From a virus (taxonomy: Duplodnaviria > Caudoviricetes): DNA of 38,658 nt. The stretch is taken from positions 1-38,658 of IMG/VR virus record IMGVR_UViG_3300025673_000007, one strand, 5' to 3'. A program made the position numbers and the translations under genes. Shown here piece by piece: positions 16,362 to 25,373 of this stretch (its first letter is position 1; every line of letters starts with the position of its first letter). Under the pieces are notes generated by a model that saw nothing but the letters and a program-made list of their open reading frames with translations, made no database searches and had not been told where the DNA came from.

Positions 16362-16891
16362 TAAAGACAAATACAAAAGTAATCGCCGAAGGAGGCATCA
16401 GAATGAAGAAAGAAAGCAGCATAGGTCTTAATTTAAACAATCGTTGGGCAGTGACCTGTGTGGGTTCTGACGGTGAAGTTAAATGGACTGAAGAGAAAGA
16501 TAATCTAATCACAACTGAGGGATTGAATCACATCCTGGACACTTCGTTCCACGCTGGGACTGCCGTAACGACCTGGTACATTGGGTTGAAAGGCTCAGGG
16601 TCACCCGCAGCGGCAGACACATTAGCTTCGCACAGCACATGGACTGAAGCAGCGGGTTATGCTGGGACACGAAAAGAGTGGACCGAAGGCGCATCCAGCG
16701 CCGGCTCGATGACCAACTCTTCGAGTGTCGATTTCTCGATTAACGCGACTGCAACCATTGCTGGTGCCTTTTTAGCGAGCGCTACATCAGGAACAACCGG
16801 CACGTTATACGGCATCGTAGATTTCACTGCGGCACGTTCTGTTCTGAGCGGCGATACTCTGCAAATTACCGTGACTGTAACAGCAAGCTAA
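16358..16891 (+). CDS. Structural/tail protein
   Basis: NLITTEG...WYIGL...FSINATATIAGAFL...GDTLQITVT; start at 16358 (ATGA overlap) or 16403 (SD GGAGG). Confidence 0.7.
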   Translation: MIKTNTKVIAEGGIRMKKESSIGLNLNNRWAVTCVGSDGEVKWTEEKDNLITTEGLNHILDTSFHAGTAVTTWYIGLKGSGSPAAADTLASHSTWTEAAGYAGTRKEWTEGASSAGSMTNSSSVDFSINATATIAGAFLASATSGTTGTLYGIVDFTAARSVLSGDTLQITVTVTAS

Positions 16892-16900
16892 GAGGACGAT

Positions 16901-18112
16901 ATGGCAACTGAAGACCTAACCGGCACTGATAAGTTTGTTGACGATTTGGTTGCCACAAATCCTGTGGCGACAGACAGCGTTAGCGATGGTGACGAACACA
17001 TTCGGGGAGTGAAGAATGTACTGAAAAATACACTTCCCAATGTGACCGCTGCTGTTACTGCGACCGCTGCTGATTTGAATAAAACATCATCGACTTTCAC
17101 CGGCGCTGATGGTTCTGCTGCCGGTGCGTCGGGGATGGTGACCGCACCGGTCGCAACTGACAATACTAAGTTCTTGAAAGGCGACGGTACTTGGGCAACG
17201 CCCGCCGGTGGCGGCGGGTCATCAACTTTAGGTGGCTTAACCGACGTTGATACAAGCGCTATAACCTTAATCGACGGAGCTGTTCTACGATACAACGGCA
17301 CAGCATCCGAGTGGCAAAATACGAACTTAGGGTTGTCGCTAACGCCGACGGTAACCATACCTTCCACGATATATCCGTCACCCACTACGGTGACTATAAC
17401 AATTACGAATTGGTCGAGTTATTCTTCCCCCGCGCCTTGGTGTGAGGTTGAGAACAGTAGCGGAACGGTGGTTGTTGCGGCCTCTGCTGTCACTAACAAC
17501 GGTGATGGAACAATGACCTTCACTTCTCCAAGCACTGCGGCAACGTATACGCTCAAAGTGAAAGTGCAAGATTTCGGAGATCTCGTTTCATCAACAGTAT
17601 CAACTTCGATGGTGGTCAGTGAGTCTCCATCATATGAATACCGATATTTTAGGATTGGTAGTCTTGGGTCAACAGGTAGTGGGTATTTGGCCGTAGTGGA
17701 GTTTTATACTAGCGCGGGCTTCACTGGAACGTATTACCCACCGGCGATGACATCGAATAGTCAAACCATCGGAGGTGTTACCTACGCTCTCAGTGGTTAT
17801 ACATACAACAATACATCCTATCAGTTATGGAAGATGACTGATACATCTGGCTATGACCCAACAAAAACTGGAGCATGGATGCTTGGGGCATCAGCTACAC
17901 AAAAGAGCGACGGATGGGTGTTCGATCTTGGGACGGCCCGCGACATTGTATCAGCAAGATGCAAGTGGTACACGTACAGTACCCCGAACACCTATCATTC
18001 TTCTCCTTTCACGTTATATGGGTCATCAAATGGTAGTTCGTGGACTTCTATAAATACCGTCACGATGGGTGCGACGAATGATGGTGAATACGTTGATATG
18101 CTACTTGGTTAG
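16901..18112 (+). CDS. Tail fibre/spike with Ig-like and C-terminal discoidin (F5/8)-like domains
   Basis: Anchor TNP...DEHIRGVKNVLK, fibre motifs KFLKGDGTW and LGGLTDV; C-terminal YRYFRI...FDLG...FTLYGSSNGSSWT. Confidence 0.75.
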   Translation: MATEDLTGTDKFVDDLVATNPVATDSVSDGDEHIRGVKNVLKNTLPNVTAAVTATAADLNKTSSTFTGADGSAAGASGMVTAPVATDNTKFLKGDGTWATPAGGGGSSTLGGLTDVDTSAITLIDGAVLRYNGTASEWQNTNLGLSLTPTVTIPSTIYPSPTTVTITITNWSSYSSPAPWCEVENSSGTVVVAASAVTNNGDGTMTFTSPSTAATYTLKVKVQDFGDLVSSTVSTSMVVSESPSYEYRYFRIGSLGSTGSGYLAVVEFYTSAGFTGTYYPPAMTSNSQTIGGVTYALSGYTYNNTSYQLWKMTDTSGYDPTKTGAWMLGASATQKSDGWVFDLGTARDIVSARCKWYTYSTPNTYHSSPFTLYGSSNGSSWTSINTVTMGATNDGEYVDMLLG

Positions 18113-18118
18113 CGGGGA

Positions 18119-18334
18119 ATGATCATGAAAAAAGATTGTGAATTAGAAATATTAAAATATGCCCCTTATTTCCGTCAGTGTAATGCGGCGCTCAGTGGGG
18201 AACATAGTGAATATATCAGTATAGTGTTGAAACTCTTACGAGATCATTATCACTCTCTGATAGAGAGTGGCGAAACTAACTGGTCAGTTACTGATCAAAT
18301 CACAAGCACATTAACCGAAATGAAACCTTATTAG
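18119..18334 (+). CDS. Small protein after fibre (possible fibre chaperone)
   Basis: Position; EILKYAPYFRQCNAAL; lower GC. Confidence 0.5.
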   Translation: MIMKKDCELEILKYAPYFRQCNAALSGEHSEYISIVLKLLRDHYHSLIESGETNWSVTDQITSTLTEMKPY

Positions 18335-18344
18335 GACTTAGACA

Positions 18345-19193
18345 ATGGCCGATACTACAACGACGAATTACACATTCACGAAGCCAGAGGTTGGGTCATC
18401 CAGCAATTCTTGGGGGCAGAAATTAAACAATGACCTCGATTCCATCGATACCACCGTCAAGGCAGTATCGGATGTGGCGAACGCTGCGGTAGTTAAGGCA
18501 GACAACTTATCTGACTTGGCAAGTGCAGCGACCGCCCGAACCAATCTCGGCATAGCGAACCATGAGCTGGTAACGGTAAACGCAGATGGTGATATTTCAA
18601 CGTCTGGTGATATTTCAACGTCTGGATCTGGCGCGATTGACGCAACGAAACTATCGGGTAATCTACCGGCGATTAGTGGGGCTAGTTTGACGGATGTGGC
18701 GCAACTGGCGGGGTCAGCGACACAGGATTTCAGCGCAACCACTGCTACTTCTGGGACTAATACAACACAGGTTGCTACAACTGCTTTTGTTAATGCCGCC
18801 TTAGAAAAGATGTACCCGGTAGGTTCTATATTCACAACAGTTACAGCTTATGCCAACTCAGCAGCAGTGGTGGCAGCTATTGGGGGAACAACATGGACCT
18901 CCTTTGGTGCTGGTAAGGTTCTTGTTGGTGTTGATTCTTCAGATACAGACTTTGATACTGTTGAAGAAACTGGTGGTTCTAAAACTCATACATTATCAAC
19001 ACCAGAAATACCTTCTCACAACCACAGCTTAAGCCCTAGTATTTCGGGTGGTTCTGGAACAGATGGAAACCCTAATATTATATCTGGTGGTTCGAGTACA
19101 GGGGCAGTGAGTATAGGAGCTACTGGCGGTGGCCTCCCGCATAACAACGTACAACCTTACATCACAGTACATATGTGGAAGCGTACCGCTTAA
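18345..19193 (+). CDS. Tail fibre protein with collar/gp10-C-like C-terminus
   Basis: [17 protein letters not shown]...WG anchor; QVATTAFV; YPVGSIF...GKVLVG...GGSKTHTL...PSHNH...[10 protein letters not shown]. Confidence 0.82.
   Translation: MADTTTTNYTFTKPEVGSSSNSWGQKLNNDLDSIDTTVKAVSDVANAAVVKADNLSDLASAATARTNLGIANHELVTVNADGDISTSGDISTSGSGAIDATKLSGNLPAISGASLTDVAQLAGSATQDFSATTATSGTNTTQVATTAFVNAALEKMYPVGSIFTTVTAYANSAAVVAAIGGTTWTSFGAGKVLVGVDSSDTDFDTVEETGGSKTHTLSTPEIPSHNHSLSPSISGGSGTDGNPNIISGGSSTGAVSIGATGGGLPHNNVQPYITVHMWKRTA
18587..18625 (+). repeat. 18-bp perfect tandem duplication (GDISTS x2)
   Basis: TGGTGATATTTCAACGTC x2 + TGG. Confidence 0.9.
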
Positions 19194-19206
19194 ACTGGAG
19201 AATTAG

Positions 19207-20682
19207 ATGCCCATCCTACCGATCAAAATACCACCAGGTGTTTACAAAAATGGCACCGAGTACCAGTCAAAAGGCCGGTGGTCAGATGCTGATCTAGTCC
19301 GTTGGCATGAGGGTGCGATGCGTCCAGTTGGTGGTTGGCGACAACACACCACCACGACGTTCAGCGACAAGGCCAGAGCGATGTTAGCTTGGGGCGATAA
19401 CTCAGGTGACCGGAAGATGGCCATCGGCACAGCGTCAAACCTTTACGTCATGGGTGAAGATAACACGATGTATAACATCACCCCGACGGGCATTGCAACT
19501 GGAGATGTTGATGCCTTCAAAGCAACAGGTTATGGGTCGCAATTGTACGGTAAACATAACTACGGCACGACGCGACCGGACACCGCAACGTACCAACCGG
19601 CAACTACCTGGTCACTGGACAACTGGGGCGAAAACCTAGTCGCCTGTTCGACATCAGATGGAAAGATCTACCAATGGTCATTGGTACTTGCAACTGTGGC
19701 AGCAACAGTAGCCAACGCTCCGGTCAACAACCAGGGCATCGTTGTGACTTCGGAACGGTTTCTTTTCGCACTGGGCGCTGGAGGCAACAATCGTAAAATC
19801 CAATGGTCAGACCAAGAAGACAACACCACATGGACACCTAGCGCTACAAACCAAGCTGGTGACATTGACCTCATTACTGATGGCGCTATTCAGTGCGGCA
19901 CTAGGGTAAGAGGGCAGACATTAATCCTCACTTCGACAGATGCTCATGCAGCGACATATCAGGGCGCTCCGTATGTTTATGGATTTGAGAAGGTCGGATC
20001 AGCGTGTGGCGTAATCGGTCCTAAAGCGCAAATCTCAGTTGACACCTTTGCGGTTTGGATGGGGAAAAAGTCATTCTTCTATTATGACGGTTACGTCAAA
20101 GCGTTGGAGTCTGATGTCGCTGATTTTATATTCAACGACATCAACGAAGATCAGCGAAGCAAAGTATACGGTGTACTCAATAACCAATTTAATGAAGTCT
20201 GGTGGTTTTACCCCTCCGACGGTTCCATTGAGTGTGACAGTTATGTCAGTTGGAACTGGTTGGAGAATCACTGGAATGTGGGAAAACTAAACCGCACCGC
20301 TGGTGTGGACAGGACCGTATTCCGGTCACCACTCTTTGCTGGTACGGACGGTTATATTCATGAGCATGAAACCGGATTTACATACGATTCCAGAAACCCT
20401 TATGCTGAGTCTGGACCGCTGGAAATCAGCAATGGTGAGAGTGTACTGAATATCACTGGCATGATTCCAGACGAGAACACGCTGGGAGATGTGGAAGCTA
20501 AATTCAAAACCCGATTCCACCCAACCGATACCGAGCGCACTTATGGCCCCTTCACAATGACCAACCCGACATCTGTGAGGTTTACTGGACGACAAGTGAA
20601 GATGCGCGTTCAGTCGGTTCGGAATACAGATTGGCGTGTGGGTGAAATGCGACTAGAAGGTAAAATCGGAGGTCGTCGATGA
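19207..20682 (+). CDS. Tail nozzle / packaged-DNA stabilisation protein (P22 gp10-like beta-propeller)
   Basis: 491 aa; WSLDNWGENLV, IQWSDQED, NQAG, FNEVWWFYP; position before ejection genes. Confidence 0.8.
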   Translation: MPILPIKIPPGVYKNGTEYQSKGRWSDADLVRWHEGAMRPVGGWRQHTTTTFSDKARAMLAWGDNSGDRKMAIGTASNLYVMGEDNTMYNITPTGIATGDVDAFKATGYGSQLYGKHNYGTTRPDTATYQPATTWSLDNWGENLVACSTSDGKIYQWSLVLATVAATVANAPVNNQGIVVTSERFLFALGAGGNNRKIQWSDQEDNTTWTPSATNQAGDIDLITDGAIQCGTRVRGQTLILTSTDAHAATYQGAPYVYGFEKVGSACGVIGPKAQISVDTFAVWMGKKSFFYYDGYVKALESDVADFIFNDINEDQRSKVYGVLNNQFNEVWWFYPSDGSIECDSYVSWNWLENHWNVGKLNRTAGVDRTVFRSPLFAGTDGYIHEHETGFTYDSRNPYAESGPLEISNGESVLNITGMIPDENTLGDVEAKFKTRFHPTDTERTYGPFTMTNPTSVRFTGRQVKMRVQSVRNTDWRVGEMRLEGKIGGRR

Positions 20683-20885
20683 AGCTACCACGCCCACCAA
20701 ACACTTACTCGGTACAGCACGAATCTCAACGTAATCTACTGATCGAACTCGACGCGCAGAGCAACCTGAAGAGCAATCGAGATATAGAGGTGGGTGATGG
20801 GAGGCTAATTATGACTTCCGCGAACGGAACGCGCTATGCGCTGTCTGTTAATAATTCCGGCACTTTGTCTACGGTGGTTGTGTGA
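20679..20885 (+). CDS. Small tail protein
   Basis: KLPRPP...LIMTSANGTRYALSVNNSGTLST; ATGA overlap. Confidence 0.7.
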   Translation: MKLPRPPNTYSVQHESQRNLLIELDAQSNLKSNRDIEVGDGRLIMTSANGTRYALSVNNSGTLSTVVV

Positions 20886-21334
20886 GTGAGCGTGAACTGA
20901 TGATGCGTTGGTGCCGAGGAAATGAGAGTGCGGCTGAGTTTCTTAGTATGCTATCACTCAGCTATCACATTGCCGATGATTTTGTGGATCGAGACAAAGA
21001 CCCAGAGAGTTACTCTAGCAAGATGATGGCAAAATTGATGCACTTGGTATTAGTCGATATCCCAGCGAACGCATTCTACCAGCGCTATCGAACAGAACTC
21101 GCACCGGTGATGAGCGCATCATTCTTTATCTGGAACGCGTCAAACAACTGGGCAGATGGGGACGATAACCAGCAGCATTTCTCTTACGTTTACCGTGAGA
21201 TTGGTGAGCAGATCATCATCACCGTTGCGAGGATAGTTGGTGGGATCGACCACGCGGCTAATGTGACCGAAGAAATCTATCAGACGTTTCACGCGAAGAA
21301 GACATTCGAGGGGTGGAAGAATGGCGAAACTTAA
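20882..21334 (+). CDS. All-helical protein with DDxxD motif (isoprenoid synthase-like?)
   Basis: HIADDFVDRD motif; IPANAFY; coupled by overlaps on both sides. Confidence 0.55.
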   Translation: MSERELMMRWCRGNESAAEFLSMLSLSYHIADDFVDRDKDPESYSSKMMAKLMHLVLVDIPANAFYQRYRTELAPVMSASFFIWNASNNWADGDDNQQHFSYVYREIGEQIIITVARIVGGIDHAANVTEEIYQTFHAKKTFEGWKNGET

Positions 21335-21743
21335 ATTACTTGAGGTTCCAGTCGAACACATACATCGAGCTTGGAAAGATATCGAGCCGTTACTTCAGTC
21401 ACTAGAACCCTACTGCAACGGTGAGTGCAGCACGGCACAGGCGAAGGTCGGATTGATAAATGGCACATCCACCACGTTGGTCATCGTCGATGAGTCAACT
21501 AGGGTGCTTGGGGCTATAATCGGCGAATGGAAGATGACTCCGGGTAAACGGATATTCTTCGTGAGCGGATGGGCAGGATCCAACGCAATGGACGACACTC
21601 TGTGGCGAGATGTCCAGCGGTGGGTAAAGTCAAACGGTGGAACTCACATACAGGGTGCTGGAAGGGATTCAGTTTTCCGACTACACCGACAGAAGCGCGG
21701 TTTTGAGAAGGTTTACACAATTTATGAAAAGGAAATAAGATGA
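21321..21743 (+). CDS. Putative GNAT-fold acyltransferase
   Basis: 140 aa; VLGAII...FFVSGWAG...GGTHIQGAGR...GFEKVY; position before ejection proteins. Confidence 0.55.
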   Translation: MAKLKLLEVPVEHIHRAWKDIEPLLQSLEPYCNGECSTAQAKVGLINGTSTTLVIVDESTRVLGAIIGEWKMTPGKRIFFVSGWAGSNAMDDTLWRDVQRWVKSNGGTHIQGAGRDSVFRLHRQKRGFEKVYTIYEKEIR

Positions 21744-22954
21744 AAATGCTGAAGAAATCAATCTACACGCTGCTACCTTCTTTGGCGTTTTTGACGTTCA
21801 GGAGTAAAGGGGGCGGTGGAGGCGACTCAACCCAGACCACTGTTCAGAAGATGGATCCAGAGGTGAGACAGAAGTGGTTAGAGATGTACTCGAAGGCCGA
21901 TGATGTCGCTAATCAACCTTACTCACCATATACTGGGGAAATGATCGCTCAGTACGATCCGCTGCAACTTCAAGGGTTCGACGCGTATGAGAACGCTGTG
22001 GGTACAGGTTCCGGTACACTGAATAACGCGCTAAATATTCTCAATAATCAGAACCTCAACTATACGCCGGACAGCGTGAATACCCGCACGATGGGATCAA
22101 CTTTTGAGGATTATCTGAATCCTTATACTGGCGAAGTGATCGATACCACGATGGCAGACATGGAGCGCCAACGTCAGATGATGATGAGTGACGTTGCTGG
22201 ATCGGCCCAGGCTGCAAATGCGTTTGGTGGATCAAGACATGGTATAGCGGAGGCCGAAACTAACCGAGGTTTCGCTGACGAGATGGGGCAAATATCTGCC
22301 CAACTAAGGGACCAAGGGTACAACACGGCGATGCAAGGATTTATGGGCGATTCAGCGCTGATGCAACAAGGTGATGTCGCTAATCAGAGTGCCAATCTGG
22401 CGGCGGCGTTGTCAAACTCAGAACTTGAACAGAGTGCTGCGGGGATGATGGCAGGGATGTCAGAACAGGAAAGATCGCAAGCCTTCGGGGATGCTCAGAT
22501 GCTGGTCGATGTGGGTGCAGAGAAGAGATCAATGGATCAGGCTCATTTAGATCTAGATTACGCGAAGTTCTTGGAAGAACAGGAACACCCCATGAAACAA
22601 CTGGAGGTACTACAGAGCGCCTTTGGTATTACCCCACAAATCACATCAACAACCGGTGTTACTGACGCAGACAAGAAACCGGATCTCTGGCAGAACTTTG
22701 CAGACACGTTCTCAGATGTGCGGTTAAAAGACAATATCACTAACCTCAACGGCTACTCGTACAACTTCAAGTCACGACCAGAAGTTGCCACTGGTGGGGT
22801 TATGGCGCAAGAAGTTGAGTTGATCGCGCCACACCTTGTGAACACTGACGTTGAGACAGGCTATAAGCGAGTCAACTATGAAGCGTTAGTTGGGGTATTG
22901 CTCGAAGCTGTTAAAGACCTCAAATCAGAAGTTGAGGGGCTAAAACGTGGCTAA
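21740..22954 (+). CDS. Ejection (DNA transfer) protein with KGGGGG leader junction and C-terminal peptidase S74 chaperone domain
   Basis: Leader then SKGGGGGDSTQTT, YLNPY, AFGGSRHGI; C-terminal SDVRLKDNI...GVMAQEV...VNYEAL coiled coil. Confidence 0.75.
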   Translation: MKMLKKSIYTLLPSLAFLTFRSKGGGGGDSTQTTVQKMDPEVRQKWLEMYSKADDVANQPYSPYTGEMIAQYDPLQLQGFDAYENAVGTGSGTLNNALNILNNQNLNYTPDSVNTRTMGSTFEDYLNPYTGEVIDTTMADMERQRQMMMSDVAGSAQAANAFGGSRHGIAEAETNRGFADEMGQISAQLRDQGYNTAMQGFMGDSALMQQGDVANQSANLAAALSNSELEQSAAGMMAGMSEQERSQAFGDAQMLVDVGAEKRSMDQAHLDLDYAKFLEEQEHPMKQLEVLQSAFGITPQITSTTGVTDADKKPDLWQNFADTFSDVRLKDNITNLNGYSYNFKSRPEVATGGVMAQEVELIAPHLVNTDVETGYKRVNYEALVGVLLEAVKDLKSEVEGLKRG

Positions 22955-23453
22955 CGCTTTAGAAGAATTAGTACCTGGCGGTGATGTCGCCACCTTTCGT
23001 CACAGCATCCAAGCGCTTGAACATGAGATGGTGAATCGTGTCGCCTCTGGTGATATTGAGGATTGTTTAAAAGACTGTAAGTTGTCCCACTACTTCGCTC
23101 CACCCATCGAGGGTATTAGCCACACGACCTACGCGAGAGAGCTATTCATGCCGAAAGGCAGCGTCGTGATCGGCAAGATCCACAAACATTCGCATATCAA
23201 TATCATCTCTCAAGGGGTGGTGTCGGTAGTGACCGAGCATGGAACCAAGCGACTGAAAGCACCGTGTACTTTTATCAGTGAAGTTGGGCTAAAGCGGGCA
23301 GTTTATATTGAAGAAGATACGGTGTGGACGACCATCCACTTGACCAAGTTTAGTAAAGAGGCAGATATGGAAATGATCGAAAAAGAAGTTATAGCGGATA
23401 GTTACGACGAGTTAGTTCTTGAACATAAATCAGAACAGGGGATATTGTCATGA
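22947..23453 (+). CDS. Cupin-fold protein
   Basis: YARELFMPKGSVVIGKIHKHSH...APCTFIS..G.KRAVY..EDTVWTTIH. Confidence 0.7.
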   Translation: MANALEELVPGGDVATFRHSIQALEHEMVNRVASGDIEDCLKDCKLSHYFAPPIEGISHTTYARELFMPKGSVVIGKIHKHSHINIISQGVVSVVTEHGTKRLKAPCTFISEVGLKRAVYIEEDTVWTTIHLTKFSKEADMEMIEKEVIADSYDELVLEHKSEQGILS

Positions 23454-24202
23454 CTTGGGCAGCGGTTGGTGTGGCGTTAACTTCTGTGCTTGGAACTACT
23501 GGGACGGCAGCATTAGGTACTGCCGGAGCCGGAGCATTAGGTACTGCCGGAGCTGGAGCATTAGGCGCTGGAGCGGCGGGTGCTGCCGGAGCCGGAGCGG
23601 CTGGGGCATTAGGTAGTGGGGCGCTTGCCGGAACTGCGGCGGGTACGATTGGTGCTGGTGGTGCTGCCGGTGCATTAGGTTCTACGGCCACTGGCGCATT
23701 GGGATCGTCACTCTCTGCCGGTAGTGTGTTAGGTTCTGGGAGTCTGGGAGCGACTGGATCTAGTATTCTCGGCCCTGGGGCCGGTGGTGCGTTAGCCTCT
23801 GGGGGAGGTAAAGCCGCATTGGGTGGGTCGTATGGCGGCCTGCTTCAACCGATGAGTGGAGGAACTAATTTACAGGGGGCAGAACTGCTTCAAGGGCAGG
23901 TTATGATGATGCCAGAATCTTTGCAAGGGTCTACTTATCTTAGCGGCGAACCTGGTAGTACATGGAGCGCTTTAGATGGTGAAAGTAGTTGGATGCCATC
24001 CAACGACACAATGCAAAAAGCACTTTTAGCCTCGCAAATCTATGGCGCATTGAAACCTAAACAACAGCAGAAACAACAACGGCCCTACCCATCGATATCG
24101 TCACCTCGATTCGCTGGAGCGCCTCAAGCTATAAGTAGACGGTCGCCAATTCAATCTGGGGGGTTATTGGGTGGTGGAAGACTCGGATCAAGGAGATACT
24201 AG
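23450..24202 (+). CDS. Gly/Ala-rich ejection (membrane-penetrating) protein
   Basis: MTWAAVGVA start, ~130 aa near-uncharged G/A/L/T/S tract, basic C-terminus. Confidence 0.65.
   Translation: MTWAAVGVALTSVLGTTGTAALGTAGAGALGTAGAGALGAGAAGAAGAGAAGALGSGALAGTAAGTIGAGGAAGALGSTATGALGSSLSAGSVLGSGSLGATGSSILGPGAGGALASGGGKAALGGSYGGLLQPMSGGTNLQGAELLQGQVMMMPESLQGSTYLSGEPGSTWSALDGESSWMPSNDTMQKALLASQIYGALKPKQQQKQQRPYPSISSPRFAGAPQAISRRSPIQSGGLLGGGRLGSRRY
23509..23565 (+). repeat. 24-bp tandem repeat (ALGTAGAG)
   Basis: AGCATTAGGTACTGCCGGAGC(C/T)GG x2 + AGCATTAGG. Confidence 0.9.
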
Positions 24203-24203
24203 T

Positions 24204-25364
24204 ATGGAAGATATGTTTGGTGATGCGCCGGATGAGCTTAAGAGTCAATTTGGGCAACTGATTGAACAGTTTGGGCCGCCACCTGAGAGTGTTGCGCGAG
24301 ATCTAGCGACAATTCAGCAGCGGCAACAGCCTGTCCAACAACCTATCGGTGGTGGATTGTTCGACGCTTATTCCCAAGAAAACCAAGGGAATCTGAAGAT
24401 GGCAATGTTTGCTGACATCATCGGTAATCTGGCCGGTAAAGATGTCGGCGCGACGAAGGGTATGCTGGCGCTTGCCGAGAACGCGCGGAAGTTGCGATTG
24501 CAGAATGAGCAACGAACTGCCGCACAGAATATGTTGGGTGGTGGGGTTTCTGGTGCTGGTGGTAGTGAGTGGATGACTCCGCAGCAGAAGGCGGCCATCG
24601 CATCTATAGCTAGAACCAATCCTACCGAAGCGATGAAGATGATGGCCACTATGAAGATGCAGTACGACTCCGCTGGAGTGGCCTTGAATAAGAATCTATT
24701 CTCACAAGAGTCAGGGTTGCGTGGGGAGTTCCAGAAATTAACTAAAGACTTCAGGGATGTACAGGAGTCGTTCGGTAGAGTAGTTCAGTCAGCGGAGCCT
24801 GGTCCGAATGGTCACCACGCAGCGGGGGATTTAGCGTTAGTTTTTAACTACATGAAGATGTTAGATCCTGGGTCTGTAGTAAGGGAAGGCGAGTTTGCAA
24901 CAGCCGCAAAAGCTGCGGGACTTGGCGAGACTATGATAGCCGCGATGAAGAAGGTGGATAACGGCGACATACTCACCGCGTCTATGCGTCAGGATTTTGT
25001 AGACCGGTCGTGGAAACTGTACAGCGAGGCGGCGCGGGGTTTTGATACTACATCTAGCGAGTACGTTGATCTATCGAAGATGTACCAAGGTGTAGACCCA
25101 TCTAAGGTTGTTACGTCAGATCGAAGATATAAGGACGATTGGTTTAAGCCTTGGTTTCAAGGGTTGGGTGGGAATCCGGTAGTTGGGGGTGATGTAAATA
25201 CGCCGTCTTTAACTGAACAACTAACACAATCATTGTCACCCAATAAAGCGGCCATTACACAGCCCACTAGAGTATCAGGTCGGAACAGGGTTCGTAAGAA
25301 TACAGGTCGAGAAGATAAATTGGCTCCAGTGGTTTCCAAGGCTATTGAATACCTCAATCAATAA
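24204..25364 (+). CDS. Ejection/internal virion protein
   Basis: SD AGGAG at 24191; GDLALVFNYMKMLDPGSVVREGEF motif; position. Confidence 0.65.
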   Translation: MEDMFGDAPDELKSQFGQLIEQFGPPPESVARDLATIQQRQQPVQQPIGGGLFDAYSQENQGNLKMAMFADIIGNLAGKDVGATKGMLALAENARKLRLQNEQRTAAQNMLGGGVSGAGGSEWMTPQQKAAIASIARTNPTEAMKMMATMKMQYDSAGVALNKNLFSQESGLRGEFQKLTKDFRDVQESFGRVVQSAEPGPNGHHAAGDLALVFNYMKMLDPGSVVREGEFATAAKAAGLGETMIAAMKKVDNGDILTASMRQDFVDRSWKLYSEAARGFDTTSSEYVDLSKMYQGVDPSKVVTSDRRYKDDWFKPWFQGLGGNPVVGGDVNTPSLTEQLTQSLSPNKAAITQPTRVSGRNRVRKNTGREDKLAPVVSKAIEYLNQ

Positions 25365-25373
25365 GGGATATTT

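Noticed and set aside
16901-19193. Diversity-generating retroelement or invertible fibre cassette
   Set aside because: No reverse transcriptase, no template/variable repeat pair and no inverted crossover sites seen; the recombinase has attP arms and an excisionase.
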